The notes under the pieces were generated by a model. That model was not told where the DNA came from. It did not search any database and saw only the letters and a list, made by a program, of their open reading frames with translations. Of a stretch of 64,000 nt of DNA, positions 21,765-31,044 are shown in pieces; positions within the stretch are counted from its first letter, which is position 1; every line of letters begins with the position of its first letter. A program made the position numbers and the translations under genes. This stretch comes from an uncultured candidatus Porisulfidus sp. GTDB lineage: Bacteria > Pseudomonadota > Gammaproteobacteria > Poriferisulfidales > Poriferisulfidaceae. The stretch is from assembly GCA_965204575.1 (NCBI GenBank), contig OZ241993.1:960001-1024000 (forward strand), written 5' to 3'.

Positions 21765-21949
21765 GTGGACTTTCCTTCTCCCGAGACGATGCGGCAAAGA
21801 ATACCACGAGCCTTTCGGGTTCACAAATTCAAGCAAATTTCCAAGCGAGAGCGGTGCGTCGCACATCGCAGGGCCCCTTGCAGTGCTTGCCCTAAAAGGC
21901 ATTTGAGTTGATAATACGCGCCCCCAACGACAGAGGGGACGAACGGATC

Positions 21950-22654
21950 ATGAGCGAAATCGATTTCAACCTGTCTGCAGAGCCGCGCAAGGAGACCGGA
22001 ACCAGCGCGATGCGGAAAATGCGGCGTGCAGGCCAACTGCCCGGCGTGGTCTATGGTGCGGGGGGCGATGCCGTTCCGATCACCTTGTCGGGTCTCGAGG
22101 TTTCCCGCCATCTGGAACATGAGGCCTTTTACTCGCATGTCCTGAACCTCAAGCTGAAGGGAAAGAGAGAAAAGGAACAAGTCATCCTGCGCAGCGTTCA
22201 GCGCCATCCGGTCCGTTCGGACGTGCTGTTGCATATCGACCTGCAGCGCATCAGCAAGGATGCGAAGATCAAGATGACGATCCCGCTGCATTTCAAGGGC
22301 GAGGACATCGCGCCCGGCGTCAAGGAGCAGAGCGGCCTGATCAGCCACCTGATGACGGAAGTGGAGGTTTCCTGCCTGCCTTCCGATCTTCCGGAATTCA
22401 TCGAGGTCGACATTTCCGAATTGCATATCGGCGAACTGGTCCATCTTTCCGACCTGGCGATCCCGGAAGGTCTGGAATTGGTCGAACTGTCGCACGGACA
22501 CGATCATGCCGTGGCCACCATCCATGTCCGGAAAGAGGAGCCGATCGAAGAAGAAGAGGTGGAGGTCGAAGAGCCTGAGGGCGAAGAAGGCGAGGCTCAG
22601 GAAGCCGCCGAGGGCGAAGAGAAGGACGCGGGTTCTGCCGAAGAAGAGTCCTGA
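21950..22654 (+). CDS. rplY: 50S ribosomal protein L25/Ctc (long form)
   Basis: PGVVYG, VQRHPV, HIDLQR, LPEFIEVDISEL, acidic tail; upstream of pth. Confidence 0.95.
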   Translation: MSEIDFNLSAEPRKETGTSAMRKMRRAGQLPGVVYGAGGDAVPITLSGLEVSRHLEHEAFYSHVLNLKLKGKREKEQVILRSVQRHPVRSDVLLHIDLQRISKDAKIKMTIPLHFKGEDIAPGVKEQSGLISHLMTEVEVSCLPSDLPEFIEVDISELHIGELVHLSDLAIPEGLELVELSHGHDHAVATIHVRKEEPIEEEEVEVEEPEGEEGEAQEAAEGEEKDAGSAEEES

Positions 22655-22668
22655 TCAGGGCTGGAACG

Positions 22669-23268
22669 ATGGCGGAATCAGGCGATGCGGTCCGGTTGAT
22701 CGCAGGGCTTGGCAACCCCGGTGCGGAATACGCCCGCACCCGACACAATGCAGGATTCTGGTTGGTCGATGCACTGGCCGACCGGCTGGGTGCGCAGCTG
22801 CAGCCTTCCAGGCAACTGAAAGGCGAAACCGCATCAGTCGAAGTGGAGGGGCATCCGCTTCGCCTGTTCAAGCCGAATTCCTACGTCAATGTCAGCGGCG
22901 CCCCGATTGCGGCGGCCTGCCGTTACTTTCGCATTCCCGCCTCGGCCCTGCTGGTTGCGCATGACGACATCGACCTGCCGGACGGTACGGCACGCCTGAA
23001 GTTTTCCGGAGGGCACGGCGGCCACAAGGGCATCCGCGATCTCTCCCAGCATCTCGGCAAGGACTTCTGGCGCCTGAAACTCGGTGTCGGGCACCCCGGG
23101 CGGGCTTCAGAAGTCGTGGGCTACGTGCTCAAGCCGCTGTCCAGTTCGGACCGTGCCGCGGTGGATCAGGCGGTGCAGCAGGTGTTGGAGCATGCCGGCA
23201 GTCTTGTCGCGGGGGACTTCCAGAGCGTCATGAACGCGCTGCATGACCCGAACGGCCTGACCGGATGA
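22669..23268 (+). CDS. pth: Peptidyl-tRNA hydrolase
   Basis: GLGNPG..YARTRHNAGF, AHDDID, GGHGGHKG, GVGHPG. Confidence 0.95.
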   Translation: MAESGDAVRLIAGLGNPGAEYARTRHNAGFWLVDALADRLGAQLQPSRQLKGETASVEVEGHPLRLFKPNSYVNVSGAPIAAACRYFRIPASALLVAHDDIDLPDGTARLKFSGGHGGHKGIRDLSQHLGKDFWRLKLGVGHPGRASEVVGYVLKPLSSSDRAAVDQAVQQVLEHAGSLVAGDFQSVMNALHDPNGLTG

Positions 23269-24359
23269 GCCTCAAGTGTGGCATCGTCGGGTTGCCCAAC
23301 GTCGGGAAATCCACACTGTTCAATGCCCTGACCTGTGCCGAAGCGGCCGCCCAGAATTATCCGTTCTGCACGATCGACCCGAACCAGGGCGTGGTGCCGG
23401 TTCCGGATCGTCGGCTTGACCGTTTGGCGGATCTGGCGGGATCGGCGCGGCGGATCCCGGCCACGGTGGAGTTCGTCGACATCGCCGGACTGGTCCGGGG
23501 CGCTTCGCAAGGCGAGGGGCTCGGCAACCAGTTCCTTGCGCATATCCGCGAGGCGGATGCCATCGCCCAGGTCGTGCGGTGCTTCGAGGACGACAATGTC
23601 GTCCATGTAGACGGGGCGATCGACCCGGTCCGGGATTGCGAGACGATCCAGACGGAACTGCTCTTGGCCGACTTGGGGACGGTGGAGCGGTCGCTTGAGA
23701 AGTGGCGGCGGCAGGCCAAGACCGGCGACAAGGAAGCCCGCGCGGCGCAGACCGTGCTGGAGGCGGCCCGCGAAAATCTCGATCAGGGCGTCCCGGTGTG
23801 CGAGCAGAGGTTGGGCGAAGCGGAGCGAGGCGTGTTGGGCCCGCTTTTCCTGCTGACGGCCAAGCCGTCCCTGTTCATCGCCAATGTCGGCGAGGAGGGC
23901 TTTTCCGGCGGGAATGACGCCCTGCGTGCATTGGAGGGATACGCGCGCGGGAAAGAAACCGCTGTCATTCCGATCTGCGCGGCGCTGGAATCCGAGATTT
24001 CCCGGATAGACATGGAAAGCCGGAAGGATTTTCTGGCGGACTTGGGCCTGTCCGCACCGGGGCTGGATCGGTTAATCGAGGCGGCCTATCGGCTTCTGGG
24101 TTGCATGACGTATTTCACGGCGGGGCCGAAAGAGGCGAGGGCGTGGACAATTCGCGGGGGCATGCGCGCCCCGCAGGCAGCAGGCGTGATCCATACCGAT
24201 TTTGAAAAAGGGTTTATCTGTGCGGAAGTGATCGCCTATGGGGATTACATTGCCTGTGGCGGGGAGGCGGGCGCCCGGGAGGCGGGCAAGAGTCGCACGG
24301 AAGGCCGGGACTACGAAGTTCAGGAAGCGGATGTGATCCATTTCCGCTTTAACGTATGA
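23265..24359 (+). CDS. ychF: Redox-regulated ATPase YchF
   Basis: GIVGLPNVGKST, NYPFCTIDPN, DIAGLV, GEGLGNQFL, HTDFEKGFI, FRFNV. Confidence 0.98.
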   Translation: MSLKCGIVGLPNVGKSTLFNALTCAEAAAQNYPFCTIDPNQGVVPVPDRRLDRLADLAGSARRIPATVEFVDIAGLVRGASQGEGLGNQFLAHIREADAIAQVVRCFEDDNVVHVDGAIDPVRDCETIQTELLLADLGTVERSLEKWRRQAKTGDKEARAAQTVLEAARENLDQGVPVCEQRLGEAERGVLGPLFLLTAKPSLFIANVGEEGFSGGNDALRALEGYARGKETAVIPICAALESEISRIDMESRKDFLADLGLSAPGLDRLIEAAYRLLGCMTYFTAGPKEARAWTIRGGMRAPQAAGVIHTDFEKGFICAEVIAYGDYIACGGEAGAREAGKSRTEGRDYEVQEADVIHFRFNV

Positions 24360-24395
24360 GGGGCAAAATCAGGAAATTTGCGGCCCGCAATCGTT

Positions 24396-24692
24396 TCAGG
24401 CAGCCAAAGCGGCCCCGAATTTTTGGACCTTGATCTTCTCTTCCCGCTGCAGCGCGTGCCAAAGGTCGTACTGCATCTGCTGCAACAGCCAGGTTTCCGG
24501 GCTTCCACCGAATCCCTTGGACAGCCGAATGGCCATTTCTGGAGAAATTCCGAGGCGACCGTTGAGCAGCATGGATAACGTGTTTCGCGAGACTCCGAGG
24601 CCTTCGGCGGTTTCGGTCACCGTCAGTTCCAAGGGATCGAGGCATGTCCGACGAATGAATTCGCCCGGATGGGGTGGGTTATGCATGAGCAT
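24396..24692 (-). CDS. higA: HigA family antitoxin
   Basis: [12 protein letters not shown] region, [21 protein letters not shown]. Confidence 0.92.
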   Translation of the reverse strand: MLMHNPPHPGEFIRRTCLDPLELTVTETAEGLGVSRNTLSMLLNGRLGISPEMAIRLSKGFGGSPETWLLQQMQYDLWHALQREEKIKVQKFGAALAA

Positions 24693-24706
24693 GTTCTTCC
24701 TCCTTC

Positions 24707-24985
24707 CTAGTGGCAGTCCAAATAATTAACGTCGGCGACCCCGCCTTCGGTAAAGCGAAAGACGATTCGCCAGTTCTTCCCTACCGAAATGGCCCAATGG
24801 CCTGCACGATTGCCTTTCAGTGGGTGGAGCGAAAAGCCAAGAAGATCCAGATCTTCGGGAGTGGTTGCCACGTTCAGGCGAGTCAGCACGTCCTGCACGG
24901 CTTGTCGATGTTCAGCAGGGATGCGTCTTGCGTCTCCTCGCAGGAAAAATCGCTTCAATGCCCTGCTCCTGAAATTCCGAATCAC
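24707..24985 (-). CDS. higB: HigB/RelE family toxin
   Basis: [39 protein letters not shown]; toxin-first order typical of higBA. Confidence 0.9.
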   Translation of the reverse strand: MIRNFRSRALKRFFLRGDARRIPAEHRQAVQDVLTRLNVATTPEDLDLLGFSLHPLKGNRAGHWAISVGKNWRIVFRFTEGGVADVNYLDCH

Positions 24986-24992
24986 GACAAGT

Positions 24993-25009
24993 GTAATATG
25001 TATTATTAC
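24993..25009. promoter_or_regulatory. Candidate HigA operator
   Basis: GTAATA-TGTAT-TATTAC inverted repeat immediately upstream of higB. Confidence 0.55.
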
Positions 25010-25052
25010 GATTGTCAATCCAATCGATGTCTTGGGTTTTCGGGGCGGGCTC

Positions 25053-25421
25053 CTACGGATAGGTCAGGTAGTATGGAATCGGTATGGGGAAACCTGGATA
25101 GTGTTTGATCACGTCCTCGATCGGCTTGATCCGGTGGTGGCCCCGCTTGGCGTACTCCACGTACTTCCGGTACCAGCGTTCCTTCTCGCTCCACCCCCGG
25201 AAGTTCTTTGCGGCAAATGACCGGGTGGAATTCGAGACCGACCCGGCAACCCCGCCCGCTTCGACGATCTGCTGATGGCAGGCCTGATCGGTCAATCCGA
25301 GTTCGACGCACTTGGGGTACGTGTGCGGAGTGGAGCCCGGAGTCTCGTCCGCGGCCAAGCTGGCGCCCGAACCCGTCAGGATTATGGATACGAGCAGCAT
25401 GAAAAGGTTGAATGGCGTCAT
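25053..25421 (-). CDS. Secreted hypothetical protein, last gene of the pilus operon
   Basis: Signal peptide (..ASLA-AD), two Cys, AGGAG RBS, 16 bp downstream of the pilV-like gene. Confidence 0.65.
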   Translation of the reverse strand: MTPFNLFMLLVSIILTGSGASLAADETPGSTPHTYPKCVELGLTDQACHQQIVEAGGVAGSVSNSTRSFAAKNFRGWSEKERWYRKYVEYAKRGHHRIKPIEDVIKHYPGFPIPIPYYLTYP

Positions 25422-25437
25422 TTTCTAAAACTCCTGC

Positions 25438-26313
25438 TTAATACGAGCATTTGACGAACACGGCGATAGTGGCCGTGTCCGAGGTGGCGGTTTCCGCGCC
25501 TCCGGAACCGGTGACGACGGCCCGGACCCGCCAAGAATTGGCGAGTTCGTCCACCGGCAGTTGAATGCCGTGCAGCGCCCGGCCGCTCGGTGCCGAGACC
25601 CGGTTCAGCGCGGTGAGGATTCTTGGGATCATGCCGTTCGGGCAGGTCGGCTTGCGGATCAGGTCGCCGGGACCGGCCACGGTGGCGAACTGCACGGAAT
25701 TGAGCAGGGTCTGCCCGGTCTCGGTCACTATGTCGCGGGCACCGAACAGGTATTGGTTGCCCAGGTTCCAGGTCGCGGTCGGGCTCTCGGAGCCGTCCAG
25801 CGGCATGAATTCGCCGCCTCCGCCGCCCGGACTCGCGGGTTTGGGGTAATGGACGGTGAGGACGGCACCGGAAGCCGAGGCACCCGGGATTTTCCGGGCG
25901 AGATGGACCGCCTGTTCGGTGTTTTCGGCGGTGGCCGTGATGGTGAAGTGTCCGGAATCGCAAGACAGGGCGTATTCGGTCGGGTTCCCTCCAGAGTTCA
26001 GGTACGGGGAATATTTGGGGGCTCCCTTGAGAAGGCCTTTCGCGTGCAATTCCCCGTAGGCTCCTTGGCACAGGAGTATTTCGAGCGGCCATTTGCCTTC
26101 GTTGATGGCGTAGTGCTGCGCCGCGTTGGCCAGCCGGTAGATTTCCCCGGCTGCCTGCTCGGTCCGGTCGCGTTCGATATCGTCGGTTAAACGGCGGGTC
26201 ATGCTGAGCTGCAGGGTTCCGGCGAGGATCGAAAACAGCGCCAAGGTGACGGCCAGTTCCAACAGGCTGAAGCCGGATTGGCGCGCACACCGACCCACTC
26301 CAGAATGTTTCAT
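25438..26313 (-). CDS. PilV-like tip adhesin / minor pilin
   Basis: Prepilin motif G-FSLLE; C-terminal domain with KPTCPNG..P.I and terminal KCSY, reminiscent of plasmid PilV adhesins. Confidence 0.7.
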   Translation of the reverse strand: MKHSGVGRCARQSGFSLLELAVTLALFSILAGTLQLSMTRRLTDDIERDRTEQAAGEIYRLANAAQHYAINEGKWPLEILLCQGAYGELHAKGLLKGAPKYSPYLNSGGNPTEYALSCDSGHFTITATAENTEQAVHLARKIPGASASGAVLTVHYPKPASPGGGGGEFMPLDGSESPTATWNLGNQYLFGARDIVTETGQTLLNSVQFATVAGPGDLIRKPTCPNGMIPRILTALNRVSAPSGRALHGIQLPVDELANSWRVRAVVTGSGGAETATSDTATIAVFVKCSY

Positions 26314-26765
26314 TTGCCCTTCTCCAGGATTTCGCGCAGCCGGCGCGCCCGCCAGAACGGGATGCGGAGTTCCGAGACTGGAAAAGATGCCCTCACCACT
26401 TCGGTCTGTGTGACTGTGCTGCCGTCGGGAAGATTGGTCTTGATGTCGATCAGAATGCGGGGGTCGTCACCGCCGAGCGCGACCCGGTAGGTTTGTCCGT
26501 CACCCAGCCGGGTCGGAACCGGGAGGTGAGGCAGGGCGGTTTGCAGGTCGGCGGCGGTGGCGACGTCACCGGTGAGCAGGCCGTCCCGGTGTGCACGGGC
26601 GGCCAGCGACGCGACATACCGGCTCTCAGCCCACTTCGCATGGGTTTTTCCCGCATCAATGCGTGCACTGGCGAATGAGCCGATTAGGCCAATTGCGAGG
26701 CCCGCCATCGCCAGTGCGGCCAGCACTTCCGGCAAGGTGAACCCTTGTTGCGTGATGGTTCTCAT
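26310..26765 (-). CDS. Minor type IV pilin
   Basis: MRTITQQG-FTLPEVLAALAMAGL prepilin motif; ATG at 26765 overlaps the upstream stop. Confidence 0.75.
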   Translation of the reverse strand: MRTITQQGFTLPEVLAALAMAGLAIGLIGSFASARIDAGKTHAKWAESRYVASLAARAHRDGLLTGDVATAADLQTALPHLPVPTRLGDGQTYRVALGGDDPRILIDIKTNLPDGSTVTQTEVVRASFPVSELRIPFWRARRLREILEKGK

Positions 26766-27907
26766 CGGACGGAAATCGAGTAGATCGGAACCAGAAATCC
26801 CTTGACGAGCAACAACATGAGGGTCAGGATCAACCCGGAGTAAAACCAGCGGGTCCAGCGCACGGTTCGTTCCAGGTGCCAGCTGATTTCGGTGTGCAGG
26901 TTGGTTTGTATGGTCGAGAACAAATGTGGAAGCTGTGCCGTCGACGCATCCTCGAACCGGTACAGCCCGACCGTCAGGGTACGGCTGAAATAGCGCTCGG
27001 ACAGGCTCTGTGAAAGACTGTGTCCGGTGCGCAGGCGCGTGTACAGGTACTGGCTGGCACGCTTTCCGAGCAGGGGATGCAGCGAGCGCACCAGGTCGGC
27101 GAGATGGACGCCCTTGCGGAAGGCCGGGGCGAGGACGGCGAGCAGTGCGGAGGAACGTTGCCCACGCACCAGGGCATCGATGTCGCGTAGCGGAGGGAGT
27201 GTCCGGATGCGGTCCCAGAACCGGTATCCGGTGAAGGCGGATACGGCGACCATGCCCAGCGTAAGGGGCAGATAGCGGGTCAGCAGGGCATGCAGGGTCA
27301 TCAAAATGTCGGTCGCGAGAGTCGTTTGGATCTCGACGCGGCCAGACAAGCGGTCGAGCAGCATCTGGAACAGGAATGGCGTGAGGGCGAACAGGCCGAG
27401 TGCGGCCACCGTGTACAAACCGGCGCGCAACAGAGGGACATGGAGTTTCTCCCGGCTTTGCCGTTGGCGATCCAGAAACTCTGCTGCCTGCAGCAACATG
27501 TCGGGAACCTGCCCGAGACGCTCCCCCTCGCGGCACAAAGCAACGGCGAAAGGATGCAGGTTGAGATGCAACAGGAGTTCGTTGGGGGCCAAGCCCGCCA
27601 ATCCTGCAGCACTTCGGGAGTGCCGGTTCCTCCGCAGCGTTGGGAGTTGTGCGACCATCCGGTCCAGTTCCTCGGGCGTCAGGCTGCCGCGGCTCAGTTG
27701 CATGGACATCTGGGCCAGAAGCAGACGCTGTTCATTGAGATCGACCCGTCGCAGGCCCAGCCACTCCTTCCAATGCCGCCGGACCGACAGCACCCGGCGG
27801 TGGGCGACCGCCGGGTGCCGGCGCGCGGAATCCGGGCTGTCCGCATCCACTGCAAGCGGAATGGTCGCACCTTGCGGCGACAGGCAACGCACGGTGTAAA
27901 GGGTCAT
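26762..27907 (-). CDS. Type IV pilus inner-membrane platform protein (PilR/PilC/GspF family)
   Basis: Start MTLYTVR at 27907; GERLGQVPDML motif, TM helices, G.SLSQSL second T2SSF-like repeat. Confidence 0.75.
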   Translation of the reverse strand: MTLYTVRCLSPQGATIPLAVDADSPDSARRHPAVAHRRVLSVRRHWKEWLGLRRVDLNEQRLLLAQMSMQLSRGSLTPEELDRMVAQLPTLRRNRHSRSAAGLAGLAPNELLLHLNLHPFAVALCREGERLGQVPDMLLQAAEFLDRQRQSREKLHVPLLRAGLYTVAALGLFALTPFLFQMLLDRLSGRVEIQTTLATDILMTLHALLTRYLPLTLGMVAVSAFTGYRFWDRIRTLPPLRDIDALVRGQRSSALLAVLAPAFRKGVHLADLVRSLHPLLGKRASQYLYTRLRTGHSLSQSLSERYFSRTLTVGLYRFEDASTAQLPHLFSTIQTNLHTEISWHLERTVRWTRWFYSGLILTLMLLLVKGFLVPIYSISVR

Positions 27908-27909
27908 AG

Positions 27910-28371
27910 TCAGGGAATCCGATAATTCACCGTCAGCGTATCGTTGCTGCTGTCGTAGGTGGCCGAACTGACGGCCGAACCCGATGCCTTCCCGAGGGAG
28001 GTGGCGAGGTCGGGACCGAAGGCATCGGGATCTTCGGCACTGGAAATCACCCAGCTGAGGCTGACGGTTCGCGCGGCGGGAGTCCCCAACGTCCAAACAT
28101 CGCCGAACGGCCCGTTCGCGGAGACGCCGGCATCCGTGATGTCCTGCTTGACGACGCCGGCCAGGCTGCCGTTGATTGCGCGATACGAGATCAGGGCGGA
28201 CGGAACGTCGTTGAGCAGGGTGTCCTTGCTGCTGGCCATTGCCAGCTCCGTCTCGGCCGTCCCGAAACTCGTGACGACAGTTGAGACAAGAATGCCGATC
28301 AGCGCGATGACGGCCAGGATTTCCGGCAGGGTGAATCCGCGTTGGCGGAGGCTTGGGCTTGGTTGTTTCAT
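27910..28371 (-). CDS. Major type IV pilin (PilS-like)
   Basis: RQRG-FTLPEILAVIALIGILV prepilin motif, 153 aa, NGPFG loop. Confidence 0.8.
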   Translation of the reverse strand: MKQPSPSLRQRGFTLPEILAVIALIGILVSTVVTSFGTAETELAMASSKDTLLNDVPSALISYRAINGSLAGVVKQDITDAGVSANGPFGDVWTLGTPAARTVSLSWVISSAEDPDAFGPDLATSLGKASGSAVSSATYDSSNDTLTVNYRIP

Positions 28372-30071
28372 GATGCGTGGTTCTCCGTGAAAGTGAGTTG
28401 AAGAGGAAGGGTGTGCGACTCGGGAACCTGGACGGGTTCACCGGGGGGTTCGGGCAGGATGCGCAGGCATTCGGCCCAGGTGGTCTGTCCGGCGCGGACC
28501 AGGTCTGTGGCGTGATCCCAAAGACCGTGAAATCCCTGGGTGCGGGCGGTGTCGTACAGTTGCGCCAGACCGGCACCGTCGGCGATACTGCCGGCGAGCC
28601 GGGGTTCCAGGAACAGGGTCTCCGCGATGCAAATGCGTCCGCGATAGCCGCTGTGCTCGCAGCGCTCGCATCCCTCCGGGCGGGCGACCGGCCAGCGTTC
28701 GCCCGGCGGCAGCCCGAGCAGGCTAGTGGCTTCCCAACTGGCTTCGTCGTAACCGTGCGTGGCGCAAAAAGGACAGACCTGGCGGACCAGCCGCTGCGCG
28801 CTGACGGCGGCCAGGGTGTCGGCGATCAGGTGGGAGTGGACGCCGAGGTTGCGCAGGCGCTCGATGGCGCCAAGGCTGTTGTTGGTATGCAGGGTGGAGA
28901 GCACCAGGTGACCGGTCAGGCTCGCCCGGCAGGCGAGCCGCGCCGTCTCCTCGTCCCGGATCTCGCCGATCAAAATGACGTCCGGGTCGGCGCGCAGGAG
29001 CGCTCGCAGACCTGCCGCGTAACTCATGCCGATATCGTCATTGATCTGAATCTGGTCGATGCCCGGGATCTGCACCTCGATAGGGTCCTCCAGCGTCTTG
29101 ACGGAGACCTGGCTGCGGTTGCGCCGAAGGATCTCCATCACCAGCGCATAGAAGGTCGTGGTTTTGCCCGCTCCGGTCGGGCCGGTCAGCAGGAACAGGC
29201 CGCTGTTCATGGTGACGATTCGGCGCAACGACTTGACGAAGGCGGGCCCCAAGGCCAGTTGGCCCAGGGTCTGCACCGAACGCTGGTAGCCGGCCGCGAT
29301 GCGCAGCGTGAACGAGCCCCAGATCTTGCGGCCTATGGTGACCGGGCACATGTTGACCCGGATGAAGAAGACCTGCCCCCTCAGGGACATCTCCAGGCTG
29401 CCGTCCTTCGGCGTGTTGTAGACCCCGTGCTGGTTCCCGGACAGGGTCAGCAGGGTGTTGGAGATCAGCCGGTAGTTGCATCTTTCCGACATCACCATGC
29501 GTTCCTCGCGCAGGGTCAGGAGCAGGCCGTTTCGGCGCATCTTGATTTCCACGGCCTCGTTGTCGCGCGGCACGATGTGAAGGTCACTGGCCTGATGGTC
29601 GATGGCGAGCGTGAGCCATTCGTGCAGAACCTGTTCCGCTTCCGGGGACAGCGACGGGTCTTGGGCCTTTTCGGGGTGGGCGTTGGGCTGGATCGGGATC
29701 AGCCCGGTTTCTCCGCGGTATCGACTCAAGGCATCCCTCGGCAGTGCCAGTTGCGGATTGCGGATCAGGTGTTGGCAGGCGAACGGGTCGGTCACGAACA
29801 ATCGGCCGTCGGCCCAGGCCACGGCACCGTCCGCGGCATAGTTCAGGGAGCCGTGCAGGTTCTCGGAGTACACCGGCATCGAGAAGGCCTCCGACAGGGC
29901 CAGCGTGACCGATTCCACGTCGGCGCCGGCCCGCAGCAGGCGGGGGACAATCGCCTCGGGGGTGTCCGGGCAGGCCAGTTGCATGGCATTCGACGGCAGG
30001 GCACCGGAATTGACGAGTGTCTGGCGGACCGCCTCGAAGCGTTGCACGATCCGACCGGGCAGGACGCTCAC
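28368..30071 (-). CDS. Pilus assembly ATPase (PilQ/PilB/GspE family)
   Basis: ASDLHI, GPTGAGKTT, TLEDPIE, LRADPDVILIGEIRD, TGHLVLSTLHTN, CPFC..CERC. Confidence 0.92.
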   Translation of the reverse strand: MSVLPGRIVQRFEAVRQTLVNSGALPSNAMQLACPDTPEAIVPRLLRAGADVESVTLALSEAFSMPVYSENLHGSLNYAADGAVAWADGRLFVTDPFACQHLIRNPQLALPRDALSRYRGETGLIPIQPNAHPEKAQDPSLSPEAEQVLHEWLTLAIDHQASDLHIVPRDNEAVEIKMRRNGLLLTLREERMVMSERCNYRLISNTLLTLSGNQHGVYNTPKDGSLEMSLRGQVFFIRVNMCPVTIGRKIWGSFTLRIAAGYQRSVQTLGQLALGPAFVKSLRRIVTMNSGLFLLTGPTGAGKTTTFYALVMEILRRNRSQVSVKTLEDPIEVQIPGIDQIQINDDIGMSYAAGLRALLRADPDVILIGEIRDEETARLACRASLTGHLVLSTLHTNNSLGAIERLRNLGVHSHLIADTLAAVSAQRLVRQVCPFCATHGYDEASWEATSLLGLPPGERWPVARPEGCERCEHSGYRGRICIAETLFLEPRLAGSIADGAGLAQLYDTARTQGFHGLWDHATDLVRAGQTTWAECLRILPEPPGEPVQVPESHTLPLQLTFTENHAS

Positions 30072-30538
30072 GGCCCCGTCCTCTCAAGCGGGATCCGAAA
30101 CCGCATTCCATCGGAGCCTTGGACTTCGAGCGCGTCAATGCCGATCGAATGGATTTGCCAAGGTCCAAGTTGCTGTCCAGCACGCACCTCGACGTGCTGG
30201 TCGCTATCGAGACGCAATTGCGCGCGTCCCTGGTAGATGTTGACGAGTCGCGGCAGGTCTGGGGTTCGCGCCGGGATCGGGTTTGGACGGTCTGCTTCTT
30301 CGGACGGCAACGGGATTAATTCCGCACCCGGGCAGGGATAGCCGGTCTGCCGGCATTCCTGGAGTTTCTTCGCAATCCGCAACTGGACTTCAAGGAGCGC
30401 GTCGGTGGCGTGCAGGCGCTGCAATTCGTGAACATGGGTCTCGGCCTCCTGGAGGATTCGCCGGGAGACTTCTCCGGCAGGATCGCCGTCCGCCAGCACC
30501 GGGGCGGACAGGACAGCCGTCAGCAAGACCGCCCTCAT
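30068..30538 (-). CDS. PilP-like pilus accessory protein
   Basis: Signal peptide, coiled segment, Pro-rich linker, P.LVNIYQG..VRAGQQL beta domain; position between secretin and ATPase genes. Confidence 0.5.
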   Translation of the reverse strand: MRAVLLTAVLSAPVLADGDPAGEVSRRILQEAETHVHELQRLHATDALLEVQLRIAKKLQECRQTGYPCPGAELIPLPSEEADRPNPIPARTPDLPRLVNIYQGRAQLRLDSDQHVEVRAGQQLGPWQIHSIGIDALEVQGSDGMRFRIPLERTGP

Positions 30539-31044
30539 GTTTCACCCTTGACGTCGGGGTTCGCGCCGAGCACGAACAGCACGGCATGCGCGGCTCCACC
30601 CGAGGCCCGGATCTCGTCCACGATCAGCGGCACCTGTGGTTGGGCGGTTCGGCACAGCCAGACGATGGATGGAAACGTCCCGCGCAGCGCAACTTTCCAC
30701 ACCGTGCCACCGAAACTGCCGATTCGTCGCTGGACTGCTTCCGGGTAGAAGCTTGGGTCCGCTTCGACAACCTTCATCTCATGCACCCCCGGCAGGGCCC
30801 GGGCCAGCTGGCGCAGTTGCCGCAATTGCCAGTGGATGGGACGCACCGGCGGCAGGCTTTCGAGACGTTGCCGGGATTGTGCGAGCCGAGCGTACTGTTC
30901 GGAAATTCCGACTAAGTCCGGGGTGGCACGCTTTTGGTCAAGCATGGTTACGACGAGGCCCGCGAGGCTCAGGCATAGGATGCTGAACAGCACGGGCAGC
31001 CCTTGCTGCTGCCACCGGCTACCAGACAATGCGAAGCGAGCCAT
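30535..31044 (-). CDS. Pilus accessory bitopic membrane protein
   Basis: Single N-terminal TM helix followed by a coiled segment; overlaps both neighbours in the operon. Confidence 0.5.
   Translation of the reverse strand: MARFALSGSRWQQQGLPVLFSILCLSLAGLVVTMLDQKRATPDLVGISEQYARLAQSRQRLESLPPVRPIHWQLRQLRQLARALPGVHEMKVVEADPSFYPEAVQRRIGSFGGTVWKVALRGTFPSIVWLCRTAQPQVPLIVDEIRASGGAAHAVLFVLGANPDVKGET

Noticed and set aside
21765-21950. Absence of prs upstream of rplY (and of gloB near rnhA)
   Set aside because: Ordinary rearrangement; the genes may lie elsewhere and this cannot be judged from the window.
25053-26313. Shufflon downstream of the pilV-like gene
   Set aside because: No Rci-like recombinase, no repeated sfx-like sites and no alternative C-terminal cassettes were seen.
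26762-28576. 604-aa ORF as a fusion protein (also the extended ORFs for rnhA, clpP and the ABC permeases)
   Set aside because: The N-terminal extensions are out-of-frame overlaps with upstream genes; real starts lie downstream at coupled start/stop junctions.
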